Shown one piece after another: positions 12,255 to 22,170 of a DNA stretch of 64,000 nt. The notes beneath the pieces are model-generated. The model was not told the origin of the DNA. It made no database searches and saw only the letters and a list, made by a program, of their open reading frames with translations. Source of the DNA: Lysobacterales bacterium. Lineage in GTDB: Bacteria > Pseudomonadota > Gammaproteobacteria > Xanthomonadales > SZUA-5. Location: assembly GCA_022844165.1 (NCBI GenBank), contig JALHMH010000008.1:64001-128000 (forward strand), written 5' to 3'. Position numbers and translations under genes: made by a program. Positions within the stretch are counted from its first letter, which is position 1. Every line of letters starts with the position of its first letter.

Positions 12255-12457
12255 TTTTGCACAGCGCGCCAATCGGCCGAACTTTTGTTGCAGGATTGTC
12301 AAGGAGCTGTCTTGCCGAAACTGCAAACGTTTGATTTATAAGCATTTTACCCAGTCGGCAAGGAACTGCCCAAGAGGCGAAAAAGGGCGTCCCGACGCGG
12401 TTTTTGCGGTCGTCAAGAGGCATGCTCCACAGGGTTATCCACAGGCAGTGTGGATAA
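12255..12457. promoter_or_regulatory. DnaA-box cluster with IHF site (DARS/datA-like)
   Basis: TTATCCACA 12435-12443 and inverted TGTGGATAA 12449-12457 (5-bp spacer), degenerate TGCTCCACA 12423-12431, TTTTGCACA 12255-12263. IHF consensus AATCAAacgtTTG on the minus strand at 12324-12336. Confidence 0.7.
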
Positions 12458-12545
12458 GGAGGAAAGCGCCTTTGTTGGCAACCACTTAGCTCGAATTGCT
12501 GAAGCAGGCGTCAAGAATGGGCTGCAAGTGACGCATAAGGTCAGA

Positions 12546-14681
12546 TCACGAGAAATCGAGCGGGTCAACATCAATCGAATAGCGAAGTTTAATCTTCGAT
12601 GCGCGCATCCGTGCAACGCGATCCCTGAGAGCCGAATGCAGCAGCGCTCGTTGCGTAGACAACACAATCAACTGGTATCGATATCGATCCTGACGTTTCC
12701 TGTTGGGGGCTGGCAGTGGTCCCACGATTTCGACGCCGGCCATTGGCGGATGAACCAACTCGCCAAGAAAGGACTCGGCAACCTGAGCATCGCGATGTTC
12801 GGCGCGCAGTACGGCAGCATGTTGAAGCGGCGGCAATTCTGCTTGTGCGCGTTCCGCCAGCGCGGCTTGTGCGTATGCGCCGTAGCCTTGGGCAATCAGC
12901 ATGGTCAGCATCGGGTGTTCGGGCAGGTGCGATTGCAGCAGTACCTCGCCAGCGCGCGAAGCGCGTCCGGCGCGCCCAGCGACCTGCACCAGCAGCTGCG
13001 CCAAATGTTCGGCGGCGCGAAAATCCGGGCTCATCAAGTGTTCGTCGACGCCGGCGATTACCACCAGCGACACGTCCGGCAAGTGGTGGCCCTTGGCCAA
13101 CATCTGTGTGCCGACGATGAGCATCGGCTGGCCTCTCAGTACCGTCGCGATCGCATCCTCGAATGCATTCTTTCGCGCTGTCGTGTCGCGATCGAGTCGC
13201 AGCAATGGTGTTTGCGGAAAGTGTTCCGCAAGCGCGACTTCCAGCCGCTCGGTGCCGCTGCCCTGCGGCATCAGCGCCAGACCGTGGCACTGTGGACAGG
13301 ATCGCGGTGCGCGGATCTGATAACCGCAGGTATGGCAGCGCAACACGCCTTCCCCGCGGTGCCACGTCAGGGCGTGTTCGCATGCTTCGCAGTAACCGTG
13401 CCAGCCGCAATCGTGGCACATCATCGCTGGCGCATAACCGCGGCGATTCTTGAAAACCAGCACTTGTCCGCCGGCATCGAGATGGCGGCGAATATGCACA
13501 AGCGACTCGGGCACGAGGCCATCGCGCAGCGATCGCTGGCGCAGATCGATGGTGGTCCATGTGGGTGGCTTGGCGGAGCCGATTCGCACCGGCAGTTCGA
13601 GGCGCCTGAACTTTCCCGAAGCGACGTTGTGCAGCGATTCGAACGACGGCGTTGCGCTGCCGAGCAGCACCGGCGCACTCGCAGCCTGCGCGCGCAGCAA
13701 GGCGACATCGCGCGCGTGATAGCGAATGCCATCCTGCTGTTTGAACGAGGCATCATGTTCTTCATCGACAACGATCAGACCCAGCCGCGGTAGGGGCGTC
13801 CAAACGGCAGAGCGGGTGCCAACCACAACATCGACCTCGCCCCGTGCAGCGGCGGCATAGGCGGCCGCACGTTCGCCGTCGCCGAGGCTCGAATGCAACG
13901 CCGCAACTCGTGCCGGTAAACGCTCCCGCACACGCGCCAGCAGTTGCGGCGTCAATCCAATTTCCGGCACCAGCAACAAGCCTTGTTGGCCGGCGCACAC
14001 GATATCGGCCAGGCGCTGCAAATAAACCTCGGTCTTGCCGCTGCCGGTGACACCATCGAGCAGACAAACATCAAAACCAAGTGAGGCCCGCAATGTGGTC
14101 AGCGCGCTGTTTTGCGCAATGCTCAGCGGCGGCGCTGGCGCGAGGATCGGCGGCGGCGAATATGGCGAGACCTCGGTGACACTGACGAGGCGCTTGTCGC
14201 TCCAGCGGCGCACGATGGCTCGCCAGGGACCATGGATCGTGGCCAACTCTGCGCCGAATGCCGGCCCCGCCAGGAGGCGTTGCCAGAGCGCTTTGGCGTG
14301 CGCGCCGCGCATAGGGCCCGGCGCAGTGCGATCAATAAGCGCGATCAGCGTCTCGCGCTGCACGTCGATGGCTTCGGACCGCTTCAGTCCCGAGGGGAGT
14401 GCCGTTGCGATCAACTCACCCAGCGGCGCATGGTAATAGCGCGCCGCTCGCTCCAAGGTCTGCCACAAGATGGGATCGAACAGCGGTTCGCGATCGAGCA
14501 CTTCGGCGATCGATTTTAAGTCGCCATCGTGCTCCTTGCCGATGGCCGCGACCACACCAATCACTTCGCGTTTGCCGAATGGCACGCGCACGCGACAGCC
14601 GACTGCTGGCGGGTCGCCGTCATAGCGATAATCGAACAGCCGGTCGAGCGGCACGGGAATAGCGATTTGCAAAATTGACAT
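12546..14681 (-). CDS. priA: Primosomal protein N' (PriA helicase)
   Basis: GVTGSGKTEVY, DEEHD, Cys-rich zinc region and C-terminal IDVDPL. Confidence 0.97.
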   Translation of the reverse strand: MSILQIAIPVPLDRLFDYRYDGDPPAVGCRVRVPFGKREVIGVVAAIGKEHDGDLKSIAEVLDREPLFDPILWQTLERAARYYHAPLGELIATALPSGLKRSEAIDVQRETLIALIDRTAPGPMRGAHAKALWQRLLAGPAFGAELATIHGPWRAIVRRWSDKRLVSVTEVSPYSPPPILAPAPPLSIAQNSALTTLRASLGFDVCLLDGVTGSGKTEVYLQRLADIVCAGQQGLLLVPEIGLTPQLLARVRERLPARVAALHSSLGDGERAAAYAAAARGEVDVVVGTRSAVWTPLPRLGLIVVDEEHDASFKQQDGIRYHARDVALLRAQAASAPVLLGSATPSFESLHNVASGKFRRLELPVRIGSAKPPTWTTIDLRQRSLRDGLVPESLVHIRRHLDAGGQVLVFKNRRGYAPAMMCHDCGWHGYCEACEHALTWHRGEGVLRCHTCGYQIRAPRSCPQCHGLALMPQGSGTERLEVALAEHFPQTPLLRLDRDTTARKNAFEDAIATVLRGQPMLIVGTQMLAKGHHLPDVSLVVIAGVDEHLMSPDFRAAEHLAQLLVQVAGRAGRASRAGEVLLQSHLPEHPMLTMLIAQGYGAYAQAALAERAQAELPPLQHAAVLRAEHRDAQVAESFLGELVHPPMAGVEIVGPLPAPNRKRQDRYRYQLIVLSTQRALLHSALRDRVARMRASKIKLRYSIDVDPLDFS

Positions 14682-14968
14682 GCGACGGGCGTCTCGTGGG
14701 TAGGCGAACGCTACGCTAAGAAGAACGGTCTCAGGGATTGAGAATAGATCCGCGCCTCGTCTGCAGGCGTTGGCTTGGGGCAGCAATCCAATGGCAGAGG
14801 GACACGATCAGCAACACGATAGGCAGTACCGTTGACCGAGGCGCATGTACACCTGAAAGCACGGGAACCGTGCGGTTTGCCTGAACTGCTCGCTGAAGCC
14901 GCTCGCCCAATCACGCCCTCCCGACGGCGGCGAACGCTAACATGCGCATCAGAACTGAGTACATCATC

Positions 14969-15553
14969 ATGATCGATATTGACGCTGCTGCCACTTCGTA
15001 CTTTCAGAAGCTCATTGCGCAACAGGGCATCAAAGACCTGAGCATTCGCCTTCGTGCATTGCATGCGGGCACGGCGAAGGGCGATTGCCGGCTGGAGTTC
15101 TGCGAGCCGAGTGAGGTGGAGAGCGACGATTGGCGCATCGACTGCGAGGGGTTTTCGCTGATCGTCGATAGCGCCAGCGAGCCGTTCTTGCGCGAGCTAT
15201 CGATCAGCTATCAGCCGGATCGTACCGGTGGTCAACTCACGATCCGTGCGCCGCAGCTGAAGGGCAAGCCGCCGGAAGCAGGTGCGGGTGTGATCGAACG
15301 TGTGCAGTACGTTCTGGCCAGTGAAATCAATCCTGGTGTTGCCGCGCACGGTGGCAAGGTGAGCCTCGTCGAAGTGACATCCGAAGGGGTGGTGGTGCTG
15401 CAGTTCGGCGGCGGCTGTCACGGTTGTGGGCAAGTCGATGTCACGCTCAAACAGGGTATCGAGAAGACCTTGATGCAACGCGTGCCCGAAATCTCCGCCG
15501 TCCGCGATGCCACCGATCACTCCACAGGACATGCGCCGTACTTCAAGCGCTGA
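14969..15553 (+). CDS. nfuA: Fe-S biogenesis protein NfuA
   Basis: Degenerate A-type N-domain plus NifU-like INPGVAAHGG and FGGGCHGCG. Confidence 0.92.
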   Translation: MIDIDAAATSYFQKLIAQQGIKDLSIRLRALHAGTAKGDCRLEFCEPSEVESDDWRIDCEGFSLIVDSASEPFLRELSISYQPDRTGGQLTIRAPQLKGKPPEAGAGVIERVQYVLASEINPGVAAHGGKVSLVEVTSEGVVVLQFGGGCHGCGQVDVTLKQGIEKTLMQRVPEISAVRDATDHSTGHAPYFKR

Positions 15554-15559
15554 CGGCAC

Positions 15560-16948
15560 TCAGGCTTCACGCATGATCGAGCGGTAGTGGTTGCCCGCCT
15601 GGAGCGCGGCGAGCGTGCGAGAGGCCAATGTGTCGAGGTTCAGCGCCTGAACGTCGACCGTCGGTTTTCGCGGCTCGGCAAACGCCGGTGCAAAAAGGCC
15701 GCGTTCGCGAGCGATACGCCAGGCGGCGACGAAGTGCGTGCCGTCCCAACGGGGTGCCAGATCGAAATCATTGCGTTGCCAGGGCTCGTACGGCAGCGAG
15801 TCGGCCCCCGGTAACTCGGCAACGAGCGCCGCACTCCAGCGGGCACTCTGACTCGAAACTGCCGCATCGATGAATCCCAGTTCGCGCGCCACTTCGGCCA
15901 CGGGTCCGATCAAATCCGATGGTTCAAAGTTGCCTTGAGTCTCGCCATGCAATGGCAGATCGACGCGCAGACAGGGCGTTTCGGTATCGAAGGGATCGGC
16001 AGCCATCGACTCACATGGCGCATGCAGACGGATGATTGGCCGACCCTGGCCTTCCGTTTTCAAGCACACATGCAACACGCCATCCCGCACCGGTTGAAAG
16101 CGCTTTGCCGCTGCGCAAGGCGTTGGCGCCTCTTGCCATTCGCCAACCTCAAGCGTCGCACGGATGACGGCAAAACGCTCATCGGGACCAGCGTCGGCCA
16201 CGCGAACGCAAGATGGCAATCCATAAGCGATGAGCGCATCGATCTGTCGCAACAGCAGACTCGATTGCCATCGAATCAATGTTGTTGGCACGGTGAGGCC
16301 GGCATATCGTGAGGCATGTTCATTGCAAAACGCAGCGCGATAGGCGCGGTGGTAATCGGCGCCTGCGCGGAGCGTATCCAGAGCCATGTGGTGGATCACT
16401 TCGAGCGGCGGCAGCTCGCGCCGCAGTCGCGCTTCCGAGCTTTGTTCGAACCACGGGAAAAATGTGTAGATTTCGCGCGCGAAATGCCACAGCTCAGCCA
16501 AATGTGCGCCGCTGGCACGTGGCGACAGGTCTGGGAAATAGGCTTCCAGAATTCGTGCGCGCTCCGGCTCTTCAAAATGCGCGGCATTGTCCAAAACCAG
16601 ATGCGCCAGCCGCTCCGGATAGCGTCGCGCAAATTCCAGTGCGATCTGCGCGCCCGTAGCGCTGCCATAGAGCGCAAATCGTGTCAGGCCCAGCGCATCA
16701 GCCCACTCGCGCAATCCGTCGGCGTAATCGGCGACGCTCTTTGGGTTCTTCGGATCCGCACTCGACAAGCCGTAGCCCGGTGTATCCGGCGCCAGCACAG
16801 TAAATCGATCCTCGAGCGCCTGCATCAGCGGCAACATTGCTGCCGAGGACATTGGCGACGGATGCAATGCGACCACCACCGGACCGCGCCCACAGCGGCG
16901 GTAGTGAATGTGCCGCGATTCCAGTGCCGTGAAGTAGCGGCCGATCAC
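15560..16948 (-). CDS. Alpha/beta fold hydrolase with a degenerate second domain
   Basis: VVALHPSP, APDTPGYGLS, ALYGSATGAQIA; second partial repeat RVDLPLHG. GTG start overlaps the sufE stop. Confidence 0.75.
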   Translation of the reverse strand: MIGRYFTALESRHIHYRRCGRGPVVVALHPSPMSSAAMLPLMQALEDRFTVLAPDTPGYGLSSADPKNPKSVADYADGLREWADALGLTRFALYGSATGAQIALEFARRYPERLAHLVLDNAAHFEEPERARILEAYFPDLSPRASGAHLAELWHFAREIYTFFPWFEQSSEARLRRELPPLEVIHHMALDTLRAGADYHRAYRAAFCNEHASRYAGLTVPTTLIRWQSSLLLRQIDALIAYGLPSCVRVADAGPDERFAVIRATLEVGEWQEAPTPCAAAKRFQPVRDGVLHVCLKTEGQGRPIIRLHAPCESMAADPFDTETPCLRVDLPLHGETQGNFEPSDLIGPVAEVARELGFIDAAVSSQSARWSAALVAELPGADSLPYEPWQRNDFDLAPRWDGTHFVAAWRIARERGLFAPAFAEPRKPTVDVQALNLDTLASRTLAALQAGNHYRSIMREA

Positions 16949-17349
16949 GCAGCAGCCCGAGCGTAATCCCGGATCTTGGCGAGCACAGCCGACAAGCCGT
17001 TTTTTCGCGTTGGCGACAAGTGCGCCGAGAGTCCGATTTGCTCAATGAACTGCGGTTCCAGCCTGGCGACGTCGGCCGCTGGCCGGCCGCTGTAAACACG
17101 TAACACCAAGGCCAGCAATCCAGAGACGATTGCCGAGTCGCTTGCTGCCTTAAAGACCAGCGTGCCATTGGACTGCGCAGGCTTGAGCCACACCATCGAT
17201 TGGCAACCAAGGACTCGGTATGCGTCGATGCGATCCTCAGCGGGCAGCGCATCCAGTTTCTTGCCCAGATCAATCAGGTACTGATAGCGATCCGACCAGT
17301 CCGTGAACAGCGCGAACTCATCGACGATGGTCTGCTGAATTTCATCCAT
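16945..17349 (-). CDS. sufE: SufE family Fe-S metabolism protein
   Basis: WSDRYQYLIDLG, VLGCQSMVW, SDSAIVSGL and LSPTRKNGL. Confidence 0.9.
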   Translation of the reverse strand: MDEIQQTIVDEFALFTDWSDRYQYLIDLGKKLDALPAEDRIDAYRVLGCQSMVWLKPAQSNGTLVFKAASDSAIVSGLLALVLRVYSGRPAADVARLEPQFIEQIGLSAHLSPTRKNGLSAVLAKIRDYARAAA

Positions 17350-17362
17350 TGTCGGTGTCCGT

Positions 17363-18661
17363 CTATAGCAACAAGCGTCGAATATCAGCCAGCTGTTGTG
17401 CAAAGTAGCTGGTGAATCGCGCGGCATCTGCGCCGTCGATAACGCGATGATCGTAGCTCAGGGACAGCGGCAACATCAGTCGTGGCGCAAATTCACTGCC
17501 GTTCCAGACCGGTTCCAGGGCACTCTTTGAGACGCCCAAAATCGCCACTTCGGGTGCGTTGATGATCGGCGTAAAGGCATGGCCGCCAATGCCGCCCAGA
17601 CTGGAGATCGAAAAACACCCGCCGGACATGTCTGCGGGCCCGAGCTTCTTGTCGCGCGCTTTGGCGGAAATCGTTGCCATTTCCCTGGCCAGATCCAAAA
17701 GCCCCTTTTTGTCGCAATCGCGAAGCACCGGCACCACCAGTCCATCCGGTGTGTCGACCGCAATGCCAATGTGGAAATAGCGCTTCAATATGAGGATTTC
17801 GCCGCTCGCATCCAAAGACGCATTGAAGTTCGGGAAGCGTTTGAGCGCGGCTACGGCTGCCTTGATCAAGAACACCAAAGGTGTGACTTTGACGTCCTTT
17901 TGCTCATCCGCGAGGCGCTTGCGGAATGCTTCCATCTCGGTGATGTCGGCTTTGTCGAACTGCGTAACGTGCGGAATGCGGATCCAATTTCGCGCAAGAT
18001 TGGCGCCCGAAATCTTCTTGATGCGCGATAGCGGCTGCGATTCGACCGCACCGAATTTGCTGAAATCGACTTGCGGCCAGGGCAGTACATCGAAACCCAG
18101 GTTGCCACCTGCGGCGGTTTTCGCCGGTTCCGCCAATGTGCGTTTGACGAAGCCCTGGACGTCCTCCCTGGTGATGCGTCCCTTGCGGCCAGTGCCAGTA
18201 ATCCGCGTCAAATCGACACCGAGTTCGCGAGCGAACAGGCGAATGGCCGGCGAAGCATGAGGGCGATCGCCGGGCTTGGGCTGCGCGGCGGTCGTCACCG
18301 GTGGCGTGACGCTGGTCGCTTTTGCTGGTGTCGACGCCGGCGCGGCTGGCGGTAGGGCGACCGGTTCTGAAGGTGCCGCCGGCGTGACTGGAGCGACCGG
18401 GGCACTCGCAGCAGCACTTGCCGCAGCAGGTTCAATGATCGCGACCAGACTGCCCTCTTTCAGAGAATCGCCCAGTTTCACTTTCAATTCGCGAACGATA
18501 CCCGCCACAGGCGAGGGTACTTCCATCGTCGCTTTGTCCGATTCCAGGGTCACAAGTCCCTGATCGAGTTTCACGGTATCGCCTGGTCTGACCAGGATTT
18601 CGATCACCGGCACATCCTGATAGTTGCCGATGTCCGGCACTTTGGCTTCGATTGTGGCCAT
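17363..18661 (-). CDS. aceF: Pyruvate dehydrogenase E2, dihydrolipoyllysine acetyltransferase (single lipoyl domain)
   Basis: Lipoyl LESDKATMEVP, E3-binding HASPAIR...GTGRKGRIT, catalytic SYDHRVIDGA. Confidence 0.95.
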   Translation of the reverse strand: MATIEAKVPDIGNYQDVPVIEILVRPGDTVKLDQGLVTLESDKATMEVPSPVAGIVRELKVKLGDSLKEGSLVAIIEPAAASAAASAPVAPVTPAAPSEPVALPPAAPASTPAKATSVTPPVTTAAQPKPGDRPHASPAIRLFARELGVDLTRITGTGRKGRITREDVQGFVKRTLAEPAKTAAGGNLGFDVLPWPQVDFSKFGAVESQPLSRIKKISGANLARNWIRIPHVTQFDKADITEMEAFRKRLADEQKDVKVTPLVFLIKAAVAALKRFPNFNASLDASGEILILKRYFHIGIAVDTPDGLVVPVLRDCDKKGLLDLAREMATISAKARDKKLGPADMSGGCFSISSLGGIGGHAFTPIINAPEVAILGVSKSALEPVWNGSEFAPRLMLPLSLSYDHRVIDGADAARFTSYFAQQLADIRRLLL

Positions 18662-18857
18662 TCGCGATCCCTTGAGAGCTTTGCGCCAGCCGCGATTGAT
18701 AGCAGTAAGCCGGGTGCGAGTCGAGCTTGCCAGAGACAGACGCTTGCGACGGATCGCGAAACGAGCGGCCACGATAAACCCGACAAAGATGGAAGAATCG
18801 TCCGGGAGCGGTGTTTGGATCGATTTTTCGGATTGGCTTTGATTTTGCAGCCCAAAA

Positions 18858-19412
18858 TCAAGGTGCTTCGACCCCTTGCGCGATGCGTGCCAGGGCGCGA
18901 TTGACACGCATTCGAACAGCATCCGGTGTGTCGTCCAGCTCGGACGCGATTTCGTGAAAACTCATGCCGAACTCGAAGCGCATCAAGACCAGATTGCGCA
19001 AATCGGCGGGCAGCGATTGCAGTGTTTGTTCATAGGCCAGCCAATCGTCGAGCGCTACCGTATCGGCGGGCAAGATCGCATGCGCCGCATCAAAGCCGAT
19101 GTGGTCGATCGGCGCGCGGCCATGGCGTCGCAGCGCTTCTCGCAGCGCGTTGATCAGAACCGTGCGTAGGTAGGCGAAGAAGTCGCCGGGGCCGGTGGTT
19201 GAGATTCCGTCCAGTTTGTCGAGTACTTTGAGCCAGGTGAGCTGCACCAGATCCGACGTATCTTGTTCGTGGCGCAGCAGCTGTGGCACCCGGCCATGCG
19301 CAAAGCGCTGCAACAGAGGTTCAATACGGGCCACCAGAAGTGCGCGGGCGCTGGTATCGCCGCTGCGCATCCGACCGAGCAGGAACTGGGTTGTGTGGGT
19401 GGCGTTGTTCAT
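18858..19412 (-). CDS. ECF sigma-70 factor
   Basis: Region 2 DTSDLVQLTWLKV and region 4 GMSFHEIASEL...AVRMRVNRAL; ATG overlaps the DUF2062 stop. Confidence 0.88.
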   Translation of the reverse strand: MNNATHTTQFLLGRMRSGDTSARALLVARIEPLLQRFAHGRVPQLLRHEQDTSDLVQLTWLKVLDKLDGISTTGPGDFFAYLRTVLINALREALRRHGRAPIDHIGFDAAHAILPADTVALDDWLAYEQTLQSLPADLRNLVLMRFEFGMSFHEIASELDDTPDAVRMRVNRALARIAQGVEAP

Positions 19413-19978
19413 CGGTCTGCGTTGCCACGGCGGTGCCTGGCCTTGCTCACGGCGGCAGCCAGCTGGGAGGCTTCCCAGGCAAGAAACCGCCAGGCCAGAT
19501 CGCTGAGGAGGGCAGCGACCAGGCCCACCAGCACCCCACCGATCATCAGCGCGTTGGCGTAAAACATGGCCGTTGGCCACTCGGTCCCGATGTTCAGAGC
19601 GCTCATGAGAGACGCACCGGTCCAGCCGGTAAATGCGTACACAGGTACGATCGTCAGTGGGTTGGTGACGAACTGCAGGGCTACCATGACCGTTACGTTG
19701 GCGCGCAATCCTAACGCGACAACGAATGCAATGAAGAATTGCACGCCATACAGCGGCAGCAGCGAAATAACCCATCCGGCGTAGAGCGCAGGCACGATCT
19801 GCGCGCGCTTGAACGACCAAAGATACGGGCGCGCTCGTGCGGCGTCGCCGAACCAGCGGATGACCGGGTAGCGATGCGCGTTGTCGCGCCTGGGCAGATG
19901 CTTGAGCAGACGGCGCAAACGCGCGCGGCGCCGATTTCGGCGCTGCGTCAGCGAATCGAGATCATCGTTGTCAGACAT
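19409..19978 (-). CDS. DUF2062 family membrane protein
   Basis: PYLWSFKR, SLLPLYGVQ, RANVTV and VTNPLT motifs. Confidence 0.8.
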   Translation of the reverse strand: MSDNDDLDSLTQRRNRRRARLRRLLKHLPRRDNAHRYPVIRWFGDAARARPYLWSFKRAQIVPALYAGWVISLLPLYGVQFFIAFVVALGLRANVTVMVALQFVTNPLTIVPVYAFTGWTGASLMSALNIGTEWPTAMFYANALMIGGVLVGLVAALLSDLAWRFLAWEASQLAAAVSKARHRRGNADR

Positions 19979-20357
19979 ACTGGATCAAGTCCCATCGATT
20001 ACCGTACAAATCCTCAAACACGGCAACCACGCCGTAGCTCTTTGTGTCCGGGCCGCGCACAAAGTGCACGCCGTGACTCTGCAGGCGCGAGAACTCTCGG
20101 TAGAAGTCGGTCGTTTCAAGAAACAAGAACACACGTCCGCCGCACTGATCGCCGACGAACCGCGCCTGCTCTTCGGTTGTCGCGCGTGCCAACACCAACG
20201 CAGCGCCGCCGCCGCGTGGGCCAACACGAACGAAACGTTTGTTCTGTTCCGGGACGGCGCGATCCTCGATCAATTCGAAGTCCATCGTATGACAGAAAAA
20301 TTCAATTGCCTCGTCGTAGTCGCGGACCATCAGCGCCACATGCGCCAGTTTGTTCAT
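19971..20357 (-). CDS. VOC/glyoxalase family protein
   Basis: VRDYDEAIEFF, GGRVFLFLETTDF and YGVVAVFEDLYGNRWDL. Confidence 0.9.
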   Translation of the reverse strand: MNKLAHVALMVRDYDEAIEFFCHTMDFELIEDRAVPEQNKRFVRVGPRGGGAALVLARATTEEQARFVGDQCGGRVFLFLETTDFYREFSRLQSHGVHFVRGPDTKSYGVVAVFEDLYGNRWDLIQYV

Positions 20358-20854
20358 CGAGAGTCTCCGCGAAGTGCAGCCAGCCAGGCCGACTGCTTGC
20401 GTGCGAAGGTCCAACTGGCGTTGGCCGGGCTGGTCGATGGCAGTTTCAATACTTGAAGGTCTGGGCGCTGGGCCGCAATCGGGGCAAACCAATAGGCAGC
20501 TGTTGCCCCGTTCAACAGAATACGGCGAAGATTGTGATGCTCTTGGAGGAACGGTCCAAGCGGATTGATCACTGCGCTCGACCTGTCGATTTTGCTGTCG
20601 AGGCTTCCCAGGCGTCGACATTGTGCGAGCACGTCCCATAAGGCAATGCCATGTGCGACCAATGCGGCGCAGCGTTCGCTATAGGGTGCTGCGGCGGCAA
20701 CGCCCGTGACTGTCGATGCGATCGACCAGAAGACATTGCGTGGGTGTGCATAGTACTGGCCCGCGGTCAGCGAAGCTGCGCCCGGCATCGAACCGAGCAC
20801 AAGGAGGTTCGCGGAAACATGCGACAGCGGCAAGAAAGACTGTATTGCGGACAT
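20354..20854 (-). CDS. DNA-deoxyinosine (hypoxanthine) glycosylase, UDG superfamily
   Basis: LGSMPG, YYAHPRNVFW, IALWDV, GSLDS and LPSTSPAN motifs. Confidence 0.88.
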   Translation of the reverse strand: MSAIQSFLPLSHVSANLLVLGSMPGAASLTAGQYYAHPRNVFWSIASTVTGVAAAAPYSERCAALVAHGIALWDVLAQCRRLGSLDSKIDRSSAVINPLGPFLQEHHNLRRILLNGATAAYWFAPIAAQRPDLQVLKLPSTSPANASWTFARKQSAWLAALRGDSR

Positions 20855-20959
20855 GCTCGCCAAAGTCCGAATTCTGTCAAAAGGGCATGGACCGAAGTGT
20901 CGCTGGACACAAGGGTTTTCTGCAAGCGGCCTTTTTGATTTGGACGGGCGGAAGCGGGT

Positions 20960-21451
20960 TCAGTGGACCTTATGTAACGCGTCGAGAAGTACAGCGCAAG
21001 CGGTGCCCGCAGCCGCCGCCCACAACAGCGGACTGCCCAGCAATCCGACCCCCGGTAGTAGTGTCAGAGCGTCTGAAGTGCGCAGAGAATCCACGAGTAT
21101 CGGACCCGCAAAGACAGCCAGGCAAACCGTGGCGACAGCACCAGCAACACGGGTCACCCAGCGCTCGATATGCTCGTCGACTTGCGCATCGCGCACCGCG
21201 CGCGCAACTGCGGCTGCAAAATCGTCCGGCGGTTCGGAGCGCGGCATTTGTGTGAGTGCGTGAAACAAGAGACGGTACTCGCCGATCGTGTTGGTATCGG
21301 TGCAACCGCCACTGGATGCGGTTGGGGACAACGGATCAGGCTGTTGATCGCCAGGCAAAGCGCATCGCCCTGACGCATATCTGCGTAACAGCTCCAGTGC
21401 CCTTTCCTGTGCCAACCACTCGTTCTGATTCGGCTGCGATGGCTCGTTCAT
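20960..21451 (-). CDS. Putative membrane anti-sigma factor
   Basis: Overlaps the ECF stop; EWLAQERA, PPDDFAAAVA and two C-terminal hydrophobic segments. Confidence 0.65.
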   Translation of the reverse strand: MNEPSQPNQNEWLAQERALELLRRYASGRCALPGDQQPDPLSPTASSGGCTDTNTIGEYRLLFHALTQMPRSEPPDDFAAAVARAVRDAQVDEHIERWVTRVAGAVATVCLAVFAGPILVDSLRTSDALTLLPGVGLLGSPLLWAAAAGTACAVLLDALHKVH

Positions 21452-22017
21452 GCGACTACTCCAATGGCCTGCTCCAGACACGCGCGCAATCGTTTGCGCG
21501 CGCGAAACAGGCTGTTCTTGACCGTTCCTTCGGGTAATCCCGTCATTTGGCTGATCTCGCCGATTCCCAACTCGTCGAAATGATAAAGACTGATCAGCGT
21601 TCGCTGCACGGGAGGTAGCGCTTCGACCGCGGCGGAAACGGCGGCGCCGAGCTCCGCATCGGCATAAGCATCGGCGAAGTCGAAGTCGTCGGCAATTCGC
21701 GTCAGCGGATCCTCCGACGAACTGTCTATGCGATGATCGTCGTTGACAGGCAGCTGTTTTCGTTGCAAATGGCGGGTCGCCAGCGAGAATGCGATACGCC
21801 CGATCCAGGTCGCCAGCGAGCTGTCGTACCTGAACTGCGACAGCTTTTGGTACACGCGAACGAAGACCTCCTGGCTGAGTTCGCGCGTGTCCTCCGGGTG
21901 CCGCACCATACGCTCGACCACATGCCAGACCAGCCGCTGGTGTTGCCGCACCAAACGATCGAACGCACCCGGGGCATATGCCAGTGCTGCTTCCACCAGA
22001 GTGCGGTCATCGTTCAT
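21448..22017 (-). CDS. ECF sigma-70 factor (SigW/RpoE-like)
   Basis: ELSQEVFVRVY, SLATWIGRIA and GTVKNSLFRARKRL. Confidence 0.92.
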   Translation of the reverse strand: MNDDRTLVEAALAYAPGAFDRLVRQHQRLVWHVVERMVRHPEDTRELSQEVFVRVYQKLSQFRYDSSLATWIGRIAFSLATRHLQRKQLPVNDDHRIDSSSEDPLTRIADDFDFADAYADAELGAAVSAAVEALPPVQRTLISLYHFDELGIGEISQMTGLPEGTVKNSLFRARKRLRACLEQAIGVVA

Positions 22018-22026
22018 GGAAAGATG

Positions 22027-22129
22027 GATACCACGACCGCATCTTCGGTTGCAGTGCCGCCGCGAGTGAGCGTCATGCCGTGGGCGCTTTTTTGGTACCG
22101 CATGCAACCGTAGCCACCTTCCCCGTATC
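22027..22129. promoter_or_regulatory. Pair of divergent ECF-type promoters TGCAACCG-N14-GTATC
   Basis: Minus copy 22053-22027 upstream of the ECF gene and plus copy 22103-22129 upstream of the membrane protein; identical boxes and spacing. Confidence 0.7.
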
Positions 22130-22170
22130 TGTCGGATGCAACGGGCAATTCGACCCGAGCCACGAGGAGC

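Noticed and set aside
12018-12326. 103-aa N-terminal extension of ThrA, and a possible thr attenuator in the C/A-rich leader (one frame reads PPTITIQPI)
   Set aside because: Homology starts at [11 protein letters not shown] found no short leader ORF with RBS, Thr/Ile run and terminator.
12255-12500. Replication origin oriC
   Set aside because: Few boxes, no clear AT-rich unwinding repeats and no dnaA/dnaN/gidA context; kept as DARS-like instead.
12450-13793. 447-aa + strand ORF, and similar long ORFs at 4538-5656, 25561-26670, 45923-47284, 48307-49584 and 53375-54658
   Set aside because: Antisense or frame shadows of well-supported genes, expected in high-GC DNA; no recognisable motifs.
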